Shown: positions 1 through 10,048 of the stretch, one piece after another
How the letters are laid out: each line of letters opens with the position of its first letter
Numbering within the stretch: the first letter of the stretch is position 1
Assembly (NCBI GenBank): GCA_965205675.1
Contig: OZ242186.1
Span: 480,001-544,000, forward strand
Length of the DNA stretch: 64,000 nucleotides
Reading direction: 5' to 3'
Source of the DNA: Nitrosopumilus sp.
Lineage (GTDB): Archaea; Thermoproteota; Nitrososphaeria; Nitrososphaerales; Nitrosopumilaceae
Notes under the pieces: generated by a model
Told to the model about the DNA's origin: nothing
Databases searched by the model: none
What the model saw: only the letters and a program-made list of their open reading frames with translations
Made by a program: the position numbers and the translations under genes

Positions 1-452
1 GTAGTTGAATATGGAATAATTCCCAAAACTGGCATATCTGCCTGCACTATTACTATAAGCTGATTAGGATCTAGTCTGATATCTCCCCCATCAAATTCAA
101 AATCTAAAGCCATGAAAATGTGTTGGGCCGCAGCTGATTTTTCTGATAAAAATATCCCTTCTTGAATTATTGACGATGATGGATTTATTGTAGACGATTC
201 TACTGAAAATGATCCTAAATAATTTTCTTCAAAATATGGCGATATTGTTATCCTCTCAAAACTAATCCAAAATGGTAATGAATTACAAAATTCTATTTTT
301 CCATGATTCGACATTGTAAAAAAATTAAACTGTCCTGGGCTATCCCATCTATATTCTAATTCTTGTATTCCCAAAATACTGAGACCTGAATGTGCAAATG
401 GTAATATGATTATGATGATTGCTATGATTGTAATGATGGAATGCTTATTCAT
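1..452 (-). CDS. Hypothetical membrane-anchored protein, runs off window start
   Basis: Manual translation from ATG at 452: MNKHSIITIIAIIIIILPFAHSG... with hydrophobic N-terminus; ATGA overlap with the stop of ORF 449..1102. Confidence 0.7.
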   Translation of the reverse strand, partial: MNKHSIITIIAIIIIILPFAHSGLSILGIQELEYRWDSPGQFNFFTMSNHGKIEFCNSLPFWISFERITISPYFEENYLGSFSVESSTINPSSSIIQEGIFLSEKSAAAQHIFMALDFEFDGGDIRLDPNQLIVIVQADMPVLGIIPYST

Positions 453-1102
453 ATCTCATTTTCAATTCCCATTGGCAATCCGATAATGTTTCTTCCAAGC
501 AGATTGTTCATGGCTTTAGCGAAATTGTCATCTGATATAGCTCCTTCTAACCACCAATAACCAATATTTTTTACCCATTCTGGAATAGATACATCATACA
601 CATTATTTTCATTAATTTCAAATGGAACATTAACTAATCCACCATCTACATATTTTTGAAATCCATCTAAAAGAAATCCATCTGAAATATTTCCTGAAAG
701 CCAATTTGCCATTATTGGTTTAATTAATTCTGGAATGCAAATTGAATCTGATTTTACTAATTCAAATTCTGCAGAAGCAGTTGTTCCTAAGTATTGAACA
801 TCAATGAAATATTTTCCTAATGGAAATATCTTTGCTTCAAATGGAACTAGTGATGGAATTGGATTTTGCAATTTTGTTATGGCTATTGGAATTGCACTGC
901 TACTTTTGCCTGATTCATCACTGATGTGAATTATTGCTGGTTCTCCTGTAATTTCTGAAACTTCAATTATATAGAATAACTTTTCACAGTAACTGTATGT
1001 TGTTTTTTCCATTATTATTGAGACTATGGATTCTGTTTGAGCATGGGGCAAAAATGCCATAATTCCAATCGTGAAAATTATTGATAGTACTAATACCTTC
1101 AT
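449..1102 (-). CDS. Secreted/surface hypothetical protein with thaumarchaeal IPxWVKxxxxWW C-terminal motif
   Basis: Signal-like N-terminus; IPEWVKNIGYWWLEGAISDD resembles the repeats in 42619..44091. Confidence 0.7.
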   Translation of the reverse strand: MKVLVLSIIFTIGIMAFLPHAQTESIVSIIMEKTTYSYCEKLFYIIEVSEITGEPAIIHISDESGKSSSAIPIAITKLQNPIPSLVPFEAKIFPLGKYFIDVQYLGTTASAEFELVKSDSICIPELIKPIMANWLSGNISDGFLLDGFQKYVDGGLVNVPFEINENNVYDVSIPEWVKNIGYWWLEGAISDDNFAKAMNNLLGRNIIGLPMGIENEI

Positions 1103-1433
1103 CTTTTTTTAAAATTCATACTGTTCAATAAAAATCTCAAAGCAATGCTGAGGAATCTTTTTTAATGATTTGAGCCTGGGTAATGTGTTTGTTGGCAGTT
1201 CTAGTCTTCTTGCGAGTTTTGGCACGAATGCAAGTACCTTCTAATTTACTAGCTGATTTTGGCACATATGGTTATAGTTATCATCGGAAGTCTTCTTAGA
1301 TAAGTGAAAAAATCACTAAAAAAAGATATGGCTGCTATAGTTTGGGCGTAAATTAAGATGATTCTAATAAATGAAAATAAGGAAAACTAGAATCTAAATC
1401 ATAGTTAATATTTGCAATATTTGTGTCAGTATC

Positions 1434-2432
1434 ATGGCAAAAACATGGAAAGATTCCGATATCAGTCTTGATCCTATTAAAGATCAAATCGTTGCTGTAA
1501 TTGGTTATGGAATTCAGGGTGATGCACAAGCAAACAACATGAAAGACTCTGATCTTAATGTGATAATTGGCCTAAACGAAGGAGGTAATAGCTGGAAAAA
1601 GGCAGAAGATGACGGTCACAAAGTAATGTCTGTTGTAGATGCAACAAAACAAGCAGATATTGTTCACATATTGATCCCTGATATGATTCAAGGCCAAGTA
1701 TACAAAGATGAAATTGAACCCAATCTTTCAAAAGGAAAAGCATTGTCATTTTCTCATGCAGCTGCAATCTATTGGAAATGGATTGAAGCACCAAGCAATG
1801 TTGATTTAATCATGATTGCACCAAAGGGACCTGGTTCCAAAGTTCGAGAAACATATCTTGATAATTTTGGCACTCCTGCAATTGTTGCAGTTGAACAAGA
1901 TTTTACCGGAAAAGCTTGGGATAGGACACTAGGAATTGCAAAAGCAATTGGAAGTGCAAGAGCTGGATTAATCAAAACTACTTTTAAAGAAGAAGTGGAA
2001 ACTGATTGGTTTGGTGAGCAAGCAGATCTTTGTGGTGGAGCCGCTTCTATGGTAACAAACGCATTTGAGACTCTTGTTGAAGGCGGATATCAGCCAGAAA
2101 TTGCATACTTTGAAGTTTTACATGAACTCAAACTCATCGTAGATATGATTCAAAGATATGGAATCAATGGAATGTGGAGACGTGTAAGTGAAACTGCACG
2201 ATATGGTGGACTAACACGTGGACCAATGGTTATGGATACTGTAAGTAAAGCAAACATGAAAAAAGTTCTTACCATGATTCAAGATGGCACATTCAACAAT
2301 GAGTGGATTTCTGAATATCAGAAAAATGGTAAAGATGCATTTGATAAATACATGAAAGAATATGACGAACACCAAATTGAAAAAGTTGGTAAAGAAATGC
2401 GTAAAATGATGTGGCCTGATTCCACAGAGTGA
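1434..2432 (+). CDS. ilvC: Ketol-acid reductoisomerase
   Basis: IGYGIQG nucleotide-binding motif, APKGPG, ETDWFGEQADLCGG, AYFEVLHELKLIVD. Confidence 0.97.
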   Translation: MAKTWKDSDISLDPIKDQIVAVIGYGIQGDAQANNMKDSDLNVIIGLNEGGNSWKKAEDDGHKVMSVVDATKQADIVHILIPDMIQGQVYKDEIEPNLSKGKALSFSHAAAIYWKWIEAPSNVDLIMIAPKGPGSKVRETYLDNFGTPAIVAVEQDFTGKAWDRTLGIAKAIGSARAGLIKTTFKEEVETDWFGEQADLCGGAASMVTNAFETLVEGGYQPEIAYFEVLHELKLIVDMIQRYGINGMWRRVSETARYGGLTRGPMVMDTVSKANMKKVLTMIQDGTFNNEWISEYQKNGKDAFDKYMKEYDEHQIEKVGKEMRKMMWPDSTE

Positions 2433-2443
2433 CTCATCATTTT

Positions 2444-2481
2444 TGTTGTATCCCAAAACCAATTCGTCTCTTATTCCGCAT
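2444..2481. repeat. Isolated IS481-like right-end relic
   Basis: 33/38 identical to 11294-11331, the end of the IS481 remnant. Confidence 0.65.
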
Positions 2482-2564
2482 CTAATTCCAGTAGATAGGA
2501 AAGTGCTACCCAACATATCTATGTGAAATCTTTAAAAACATTTACACTCTTTTGCAACACATGA

Positions 2565-2745
2565 GAATGGCTACCGCTCGAGATGATCCCATTCATTTTC
2601 AAAAGATGAAACCGGACACATATCTATTCGAGGATCTCCCTCAGTACCATTCTTCATCCATTTATCAGAACCATGCCGCAGTTACAAAACGAGGATCTCC
2701 CTCAATATGTTTAACGAGGATTATAGTTCTGATCATAATGTTTCA
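2565..2745 (-). ncRNA. Putative IS110 bridge/seek RNA
   Basis: Two stem-internal-loop-hairpin modules, each capped by TGAGGGAGATCCTCG (plus-strand copies 2629-2643 and 2690-2704); outer stems 2664-2674/2723-2733 and 2605-2610/2653-2658. Confidence 0.65.
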
Positions 2746-3747
2746 TTATGCATTTTTGATGCACTGGTAAAATGTCATGTTGTTTTTTAACATCCAGTAA
2801 ATTATTCTCAACAGTTTGGATGCTGCTGCCACTGCAGCTTTTGATGTCCCCCTCTTTTTTGCAAGACGTTTGTAAAAATTTGTAATGGTGCTGTTTTTTG
2901 CATATCTTACATGAGAATGTACTGTCTCCACCAGAACCCAGCGTAACATGCTACTTCCTCTTCTTGTTATGGAACCATGGCGTATGGTGTCAGCTGAGTT
3001 TCTAACGGATGGTACAATTCCTGCATATGAACACAGTTTGTGAGAATCTGAAAATCTTTCGATATTGTCAATTTCAGAGGATATGGTTAATGCAGTAAAT
3101 CTTCCAACACCAGGTATTGATTCTAAGAGTTGTGCATTAGAATCATGTTTTAGAGCATCCTTGATTCTCATGTCTGACTCTGCGATTCTATCATTGATTG
3201 ATATTATCATCTTGAGATATCCATCTATTCGATAGTCATCTAATCCCAACAGTTTGTGCACACATGAATCAGAAAATGCAGTTCCTGGTATCTTGATTGC
3301 ATTTTGTAAGGTTATACTGTGAATCAAATTTTTCATCCTTGTCCTGTTGCGGACTAGTTTGGTTCTATATCTCACCAGTTGTCTTGTTTGCACGGTATCT
3401 TTTTCTGGTACATGACAAGATGAGATGTATCCTCCTCTTAGCAAATCTGCCAAGATGTGAGCATCAATCTTGTCAGTTTTTTTCTTTGATGCTGCAATTG
3501 CTTTTGTGTGATATGGGTTTGATAGTATTACATCAAATCCTAGTTCGTCTCGCAGAAACCTAAACACGCCATACCAGACAGATGATGATTCCATTACACA
3601 TTTTGAGTTTTTTGGGATTGCAGAAAATACTTTTTTGATATCCTCTCTGGTGTTTGTAATTTTTTCATTGAATAATGTATGTCCTTTATCATCCATTGTT
3701 TCGACCTGTAAGAATTCTTTGTGCAAATCAATTCCGACATAGGTCAT
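2746..3747 (-). CDS. IS110 family transposase/recombinase (frame open to GTG at 3855; likely start MTYVGIDLHK)
   Basis: YVGIDLHK, MESS and KTDKIDA (DEDD RuvC-like); SIPGVG; YAGIVPSVRNSA (Tnp20 serine loop). Confidence 0.93.
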   Translation of the reverse strand: MTYVGIDLHKEFLQVETMDDKGHTLFNEKITNTREDIKKVFSAIPKNSKCVMESSSVWYGVFRFLRDELGFDVILSNPYHTKAIAASKKKTDKIDAHILADLLRGGYISSCHVPEKDTVQTRQLVRYRTKLVRNRTRMKNLIHSITLQNAIKIPGTAFSDSCVHKLLGLDDYRIDGYLKMIISINDRIAESDMRIKDALKHDSNAQLLESIPGVGRFTALTISSEIDNIERFSDSHKLCSYAGIVPSVRNSADTIRHGSITRRGSSMLRWVLVETVHSHVRYAKNSTITNFYKRLAKKRGTSKAAVAAASKLLRIIYWMLKNNMTFYQCIKNA

Positions 3748-3862
3748 GGGTTTTGTCTTTCTAGTCCTAATGATTTTCTTTGGCTTTTTCTTGGAGATGT
3801 ATCTTTTAGAAACTATAGAATCAGCAGTACCATCTAAATTTCGTTGTTTATTCACATATGGT

Positions 3863-4700
3863 TACTCTCTAACATAAGTTCGTCAACCATCCTCTCGTTG
3901 CATATACTTGAGAATGTCTAAATTGAATCGTCTGGTTCTGTAATATCTGGAGATATTATTTTTCAGATTACTCAGAGATGACAGATATTGTGACACCAAC
4001 AAATTGTATTTTCCTGGGCTTCCATACTTCCTCAACTGCATTGAACTGTGGTGAGTCTTTTGAAAACCAATTCAATAGAATATCATCTGTATTCTCATCA
4101 AGATATTTTTGTACTAGTTTTGATCTGTGTTGTGGTGCTCAGTCTACATAGACTAGAATCTTGCCAAACTTTCTGTGCAATTCCTTTAGATAATCCAAAA
4201 AACAGTATTGATCAAATTTTTCATATTGTCTGAATAATTGCCTGCCGTCATGAGTCAGTGCATCAAAAATGATTGTTTTTTGATGTGTTCCATTTGCCAA
4301 AATGATTGGACATGTTCCTTTCTTTATCGCCCATCTTTTTTCTAAATATTGCATCTGTAGTAAAGATGGACTCGTCTTGTGATAGTATGGTAAAGCATTC
4401 TTCTATTTTTGAAGCAATTTGTTCTTTGGAGTTTTTTTTAAAACCAGAGTTTTTCCTCTGGTGTTGCAGAATTAACAAATCTTTTTGCTGCAACCTTTGA
4501 AACAAATCCTCATTTGTGTAATAATTGATACCCATGAACCTCATAATATCTTATTCCCGATTTTTCATAAATTAAATTTATCACTTGTTTTGCACTCCAG
4601 CCTGACTGGTTTTCTGCAATTTGTAGTTGGATGTTGACTGGTTTCTTTTTTGGTTTGTTTATTGTTATATTTTTTTGTAACTTTATCCTTTAAACACTAT
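3863..4700 (-). pseudogene. Decayed IS630-family transposase
   Basis: Frame-broken fragments ILSQDESIF, LVYVD*APQH, SPQFNAVEEVWK, ending ...FNLDILKYMQREDG; slippery TTTTAAAAAAAAC near 4432-4444. Confidence 0.75.
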
Positions 4701-4765
4701 CCGTTAACCTTCTACCAATTTTTGTTATTAGACAGATTAATAGGCTCATTTTAGGCACAAATTTC

Positions 4766-5923
4766 ATGTCTTTTGATTCCCAAAATATTCGACATTCTAT
4801 TTTATCAAAATGGCATGAGTCTCTTTCTAAATATGGAAATTTGTTTTCTTCTGATTCTATTAGTGGTACTAGTCCTCCTTCTATATTTGTTGGTTCATAT
4901 GATTATCCTACAGTCTTTGTAGGTCCTATGGTGCCTCCAATTCATGGAGACACCAGCTTACTTGATTCTCCTGAACAATGGAAAGGCAAGTCCCTAGAAG
5001 ATATAGTTAATTTTAGATTAAATTTGGTTCGTGGGATTCAAAAAATCTCAATTGATCAAGTAAATGGACGTTATATTGAAAGTCTACAAGAGGTTGCAAT
5101 GTCTTCAAAACCTATTGACTCTGATCTTATTTTTCAAAAAGCCACTTCTCCAAATGTTTCTCTCGATGGAGAAAGCGCACCCTTTGGTCCTATTGGGGAA
5201 ATTAAATCTGTTAAATTTTCTGGAACTGTGTCTGTAAAATCTATAGAAAAAACATACTATGATAACGATCTGAAAGCCCAAGATGCAATCTTGAATTTAT
5301 ACAACTCTGGAATTGAAATTTCAAAAATTCAAAAATGTTTTAGTATTGGAATGTTTGGGCATAAAAGAAAACTGGTTCCTACTAAATGGAGTATTACTGC
5401 AACTGATGATATTATTTGTAAATCTCTTACTGAGGATGTTCTAAATTATAGTTTGATTGATTCCCATAGGGTCTTTTCATATGAGCATTTAGGAAATATT
5501 TTCACTATCATTTTGTTTCCTCATAGATGGGCTTATGAAATGATTGAAGCTTGGTATTCTAATGGTATATTGGGATTTGGTTCTGATTATGAGGATGCTC
5601 GCGGAATTGATCATCCTCCTGCAATTGCTGGGGCATATTTTGCAGCAAAATTAGGCGTTTTGGAATATCTGAACAAAAAGAAAATTCAGGCAGGTGTTGT
5701 GATTTTGCGTGAAATTAGGTCTGAATATGCAATACCTGTAGGTGTTTGGCAAGTTAGAGAAGGTATTCGTGAGGCTGTCCTCAAGCCCCATATAGTTGCT
5801 GATAACTTTGATCATGCGTTATCTTTGGCATCTGCTAAGATGAGTATTAGCAAATCTGAATGGTTATCCCACGGAAACATCGTTGAATTGATGAGGCAAA
5901 AAACAATTTCCGATTTTTTCTAA
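4766..5923 (+). CDS. nreA: Nre family DNA repair protein
   Basis: SPPSIFVGSYDYP, LVPTKWSITATD, PVGVWQVRE; C-terminal PIP box QKTISDFF. Confidence 0.9.
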   Translation: MSFDSQNIRHSILSKWHESLSKYGNLFSSDSISGTSPPSIFVGSYDYPTVFVGPMVPPIHGDTSLLDSPEQWKGKSLEDIVNFRLNLVRGIQKISIDQVNGRYIESLQEVAMSSKPIDSDLIFQKATSPNVSLDGESAPFGPIGEIKSVKFSGTVSVKSIEKTYYDNDLKAQDAILNLYNSGIEISKIQKCFSIGMFGHKRKLVPTKWSITATDDIICKSLTEDVLNYSLIDSHRVFSYEHLGNIFTIILFPHRWAYEMIEAWYSNGILGFGSDYEDARGIDHPPAIAGAYFAAKLGVLEYLNKKKIQAGVVILREIRSEYAIPVGVWQVREGIREAVLKPHIVADNFDHALSLASAKMSISKSEWLSHGNIVELMRQKTISDFF

Positions 5924-6314
5924 TTCTTTTTTTGATTTATTTCAATAAGAGAGCATAAATTACAAATTCAATTAAAAAATAAAATAATGAACGAAGATAT
6001 GGCAGAATATGGATATTCCAAATATGGTGAACATACGATCAATGAAAGTCTTGAATCATCTTTGCCTGATATCATTGTAAAAATTGAAAAGACTGGCAAA
6101 AATGCTTTTTCTTATTTTCGACAAGATTATGAAGATAAAATAATCAAAAAAAAAAAATGATTCATATAAAATCCAATGAACTCGCAATTGAACTTGCACC
6201 TATTAGCCCTTGAATCATTCTGCAAGACGTACTGGATATGTTTTTTTAAAATTTGACAAGGAAATATATCTTTAGAAATCCTGCAAAGATTTCATGAATT
6301 TTTGATCGTCGCTA

Positions 6315-7412
6315 TAGTTTAGGCATATAAATTTTGAACGAATTATCAACTATTTTAACCCAAAAGATCTAGATCATAGTTTATACTTACAGAAATGTCA
6401 AAACAAACTAAAGCATTAATGGTATCTTCAGGAAGCCATTTCATGAAAGGAACAAGCATTAATTTTTTAAGAAAAACATGCAAGAATGAAAAAAATGCAA
6501 AAGCGAAGATAAGATTAAAGGGATACTAAGAAAACAAGATAATGATATGTGCCAGTTTGGATGTCATACCATCAACTCTGTCCTACTGGCTAAATCGAAT
6601 GGATAAAGAGGGAATAACTGCATCACACCGTAAGGAATATTCTGGCTCTAGATGAAATTAAGAGATGATCTAATTTCAGGTCCAGAAAAGTTTGGATTCA
6701 ATCAATTCATGTGGAGTACTGTAATTACACATGTGAATAAAAAATACAACACGCTATACTCTGCAAGAGGAATGCGTGAATTGCTGCACAGAATCGGATT
6801 CTCATCTAAAAAACCAAGACAGACTCATCACAAATCAGCCTCAAAAGAGGAACAAACCCGTTTTAAAAAAACGCAAAAAGGAGTATCAAAAAATATTCCA
6901 AATTGGGATACACCACACTATGTCTGGACGAGTCAACAAATAAAGTAGCACCCAACATAAAGCGCGGATGGTATCTTGCAGGCAATAACATTACCACACC
7001 AATTAATTACACTCGAGAAAAATTTCAATCATTTGGTGCATTGGGCAATAACGGTGTATTTTTTTGCAGGTTCTATGATAAATCAAACACAGACTCATTT
7101 CTTGATTTTTTAGAATCACTGCAAAAACAATTTGGTAAGAAATTGTTACTGTTTGCAGATAATGCATCATACCACAAAAGTGTCCGAGTAAAAGAATTTC
7201 TCAAAGCACCAAAAAATAAAGTAATAATTAGATATTTTCCTGCATACACTCCAGAACTCAATCCAATTGAGATACAGTGGAGAGAAGAGAAAAATGGTAA
7301 TGCCAATACATTCTTTGCAAATGGAACTGAAATGAGAAAACACATGCAGAAGAGACTAGATAATGGAGCGGTTCGAGTTGTTAAAGTGTTCAAATATTTA
7401 ATGCCTTAACTA
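6315..7412 (+). mobile_element. IS630 family element, transposase N-terminus disrupted
   Basis: TIRs TAGTTTAGGCAT (6315-6326) and ATGCCTTAACTA (7401-7412) flanked by TA (6313-14, 7413-14). Confidence 0.88.
6443..7409 (+). pseudogene. IS630 transposase: HTH ORF 6652-6948 and DDE ORF 6903-7409 joined by a -1 frameshift, with an extra lesion upstream
   Basis: LDES, ADNASYHKS, PAYTPELNPIE; slippery TTTTAAAAAAAC at 6861-6872; frame from ATG 6443 stops early. Confidence 0.8.
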
Positions 7413-7441
7413 TATGCTATGGAGATGGGATTGGAATAATT

Positions 7442-8260
7442 GTGGAATTTTTACAAAGTTTATCTAAAATGGAAATTGTTGGTGGTCTTACTGTTCTTTC
7501 TTTCTTGATTGGTAGAATCATTATGGCGGTTGGCATTATTGTGGCAAAAATTACAAAAATGATCTTCTTGAAATACTATGCACCAACTCTCTCACAAGAT
7601 ACCGCAAAGAACTTTGGAAAAATCATCTATTTTGGAATCCTTGTTATTGCTTTTCTAGTATTTACTTCTAGTCCGGGTCTTGATTTTTCTGGATTGTTAG
7701 TAGATGATGGAATATTTGCTGTAGTAATTGGATTTGCAACTCAATCTGTTATTTTTAATTTGATTTCAGGTGTCTTTTTGATGATTGAAAAACCTACCAA
7801 ACATGGAGATATTATTCAAATTTCAGATATGGAAATTTCTGGAACTTTGTTAGATATTGGTACCTTTTCAAGTAGAGTTAGAAAATTTGATGGAACAGTA
7901 ATTCAAATTCCTAATGAAAAATTTTTCACTTCTAACATTAGATCGTTAACTGTTTTGACTGTTAGAAGGGATGAAGATGTGGTTGGAATTGCATACTAGG
8001 ATGACATTGAACATGCTATTTCTGTAATCAAAAATGAAATTCAATTTACCATGCCCTTTGTTCTACAAATCCCTGAACCTGAGTTTAGGGTTGAAAAGTT
8101 GGGTGACTCTAGTGTGAATATTCAAGTTTTTGTTTGGCACCCTCGTGATGATTGGAGTCCGGCTCAATCTATCTTGTTGACTATAATAAAGCGTGTGTTA
8201 GACAAATCTGGAGTTAAAATCCCATTCCCACAAAGGGTTGTTTGGGATGCCAAAGACTAG
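7442..8260 (+). pseudogene. MscS mechanosensitive channel split by an in-frame TAG at 7997-7999
   Basis: GFATQ..NLISG, IPNEKF, VGIAY, then in the same frame LGDSSVNI and KIPFPQR. Confidence 0.85.
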
Positions 8261-8261
8261 T

Positions 8262-8540
8262 TTATGCAACTTTTTGAATTTGTTTCTTTTGTTGTCTTTT
8301 TTTGAGCAAACTAAACATTATCATTCCAACATTAACTATTGAAATAATTTCAATTAGATCAACTCCATACAAAAACCAATCAATTATTGGATGGACTCTG
8401 GATATAATTCCTGCCTCTAACATTATATCTGCATTCCATACCATGTGTGGGATTTGGATGAATTGTATGATTGCAATTAAAATTACACTACCTAATATTT
8501 TATTTTCATACCATTGCCAAAATCTATTCCACATGTTCAT
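8262..8540 (-). CDS. Small membrane protein, hypothetical
   Basis: 92 aa, two hydrophobic segments, basic tail. Confidence 0.65.
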   Translation of the reverse strand: MNMWNRFWQWYENKILGSVILIAIIQFIQIPHMVWNADIMLEAGIISRVHPIIDWFLYGVDLIEIISIVNVGMIMFSLLKKRQQKKQIQKVA

Positions 8541-8659
8541 ACATTGTATTGTTGTTTTATTCTATTAAACATCACGAAAATTAGATTCTCCTAATTAGAC
8601 TCCCCTAATTTTTCTAGGCATAAAAATACCTAGTATGAACTAATTAATTTAAGCTAAAT

Positions 8660-10048
8660 TTATTTTTCAGCTTTGATGTTTTCTTTTCGCACCCAAATTG
8701 TTTTTTCTTTATGATCAATCAGCTCTACATTCATTTCGTTTAATTTATCTCTAATTATGTCTGCTTCTTCAAATTGTTTTTCTCTTCTTGAATTTTCTCG
8801 ATCTGTGATTAGTTTGTCTATCTCCTCTCTTTCTTTATCATTTATTTTTGGTATGTTCAACCCTAAAATTTCTAACATTCTGATCAGTTCTGTTTTAATT
8901 GAACTTGTATTCCCTTTTCCTAGTTTTCCTTCCACTGCTAATTTGTTTGTCTCTTTGACTAGTTGAAAAAATGCTGTTAATGCTAAATGTGTATTAAAAT
9001 GATTATCTAATGCCGCATCAAAATTTAGGCTAATTTTATTTACAAATTCACCATTTTCCTCACTGTCTTCATTGTCTGCATGAATTAATTCGTAGTAACA
9101 TGTTTCAACCTGTCTCCATTTTGTAAGATTTTCTTTTAGTAATTCTTCAGAATAATCTATTGGTTTTGAATAATGTCCTGATAAACAGAATAGTCTGATG
9201 ATGTTTGATCCCCAATTTTCTAAAACATATCTTATTGATTTTACATTTCCAATGGATTTTGACATTTTTTCACCTTCTATGGTGACCATTCCTACATGCA
9301 TCCACATTTTTGCAAATTGTTTGTTTGTACATGATTCTGATTGAGCAATTTCATTTTCATGATGAGGAAAAATTAGATCTCTGCCTCCCCCATGTATATC
9401 AAAATTTTCTCCCAAATATTTTACACTCATGACTGAACATTCGATATGCCATCCTGGTCTTCCTTTCCCCCATGGACTATCCCATGTAGGTTTCACATTT
9501 GATAATTTCCATACTGCAAAATCTAATGGATTATTTTTCTGTTCATCTACTTCAACTCTTGTTCCTGATTGAAGCTCATCTATCTTCTTTTTAGATAATT
9601 TTCCGTACTCTGGGAATTTTAATACTGAAAAGTATACTCCATTTTTTGATGTGTATGCTATTTCTTTTTCAATTAATTTTTTAATAAACTCAATGATATC
9701 TTTTATATGCTCTGTTGCTTTTGGATAATTTGTGGCACGTTTTACATTTAGTTCATCAAAGTCTGTAAAATAATTATCAATGTATCTGTTACTGATTTCT
9801 TCTGCGGTTTTGTTTTCTAATTTAGCTTTGTTAATGATTTTATCATCTACATCTGTAAAATTTTGAATAAATTCTATTTCTATTCCTTTATTTTCTAGAT
9901 ATTTTCGTAGTACATCAAAAACTATGATTGTTCTTGCATGTCCTATGTGAGATTCATCATATACTGTAACTCCACATAGATATATTTTGATTTTTTTTGA
10001 CGTGTCTATTTTTCGTTCTGTTTTTGATAATGTGTCGTATATGTTCAT
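8660..10048 (-). CDS. cysS: Cysteine--tRNA ligase
   Basis: CGVTVYD..HIGH, GRPGWHIECS, HHENE, KMSKS. Confidence 0.97.
   Translation of the reverse strand: MNIYDTLSKTERKIDTSKKIKIYLCGVTVYDESHIGHARTIIVFDVLRKYLENKGIEIEFIQNFTDVDDKIINKAKLENKTAEEISNRYIDNYFTDFDELNVKRATNYPKATEHIKDIIEFIKKLIEKEIAYTSKNGVYFSVLKFPEYGKLSKKKIDELQSGTRVEVDEQKNNPLDFAVWKLSNVKPTWDSPWGKGRPGWHIECSVMSVKYLGENFDIHGGGRDLIFPHHENEIAQSESCTNKQFAKMWMHVGMVTIEGEKMSKSIGNVKSIRYVLENWGSNIIRLFCLSGHYSKPIDYSEELLKENLTKWRQVETCYYELIHADNEDSEENGEFVNKISLNFDAALDNHFNTHLALTAFFQLVKETNKLAVEGKLGKGNTSSIKTELIRMLEILGLNIPKINDKEREEIDKLITDRENSRREKQFEEADIIRDKLNEMNVELIDHKEKTIWVRKENIKAEK

Larger units (their letters stand above)
2562..3844 (-). mobile_element. IS110-family (IS1111-like) insertion sequence
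   Basis: Intact DEDD transposase, long structured 3' non-coding end, imperfect subterminal IRs (ATGGCTACCGCTCGA at 2567-2581; ATGGTACTGCTGA on the minus strand at 3821-3833); ends approximate. Confidence 0.8.

Noticed and set aside
1335-1354. CTATAGTTTGGGCGTAAATT resembling the IS630 TIR at 6313
   Set aside because: Short partial match with no partner end or transposase nearby.
3880-3905. GAGGATGG as the IS110 left inverted repeat
   Set aside because: It lies within the C-terminal coding end of the adjacent IS630 relic; 3821-3833 matches better.
7997-7999. Pyrrolysine or readthrough at the MscS TAG
   Set aside because: No pyl genes or other in-frame ambers were seen; a nonsense mutation is simpler.
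8581-8608. Two imperfect 14-bp tandem units (TTAGA.TC.CCTAA)
   Set aside because: Too short and AT-rich to assign a function.
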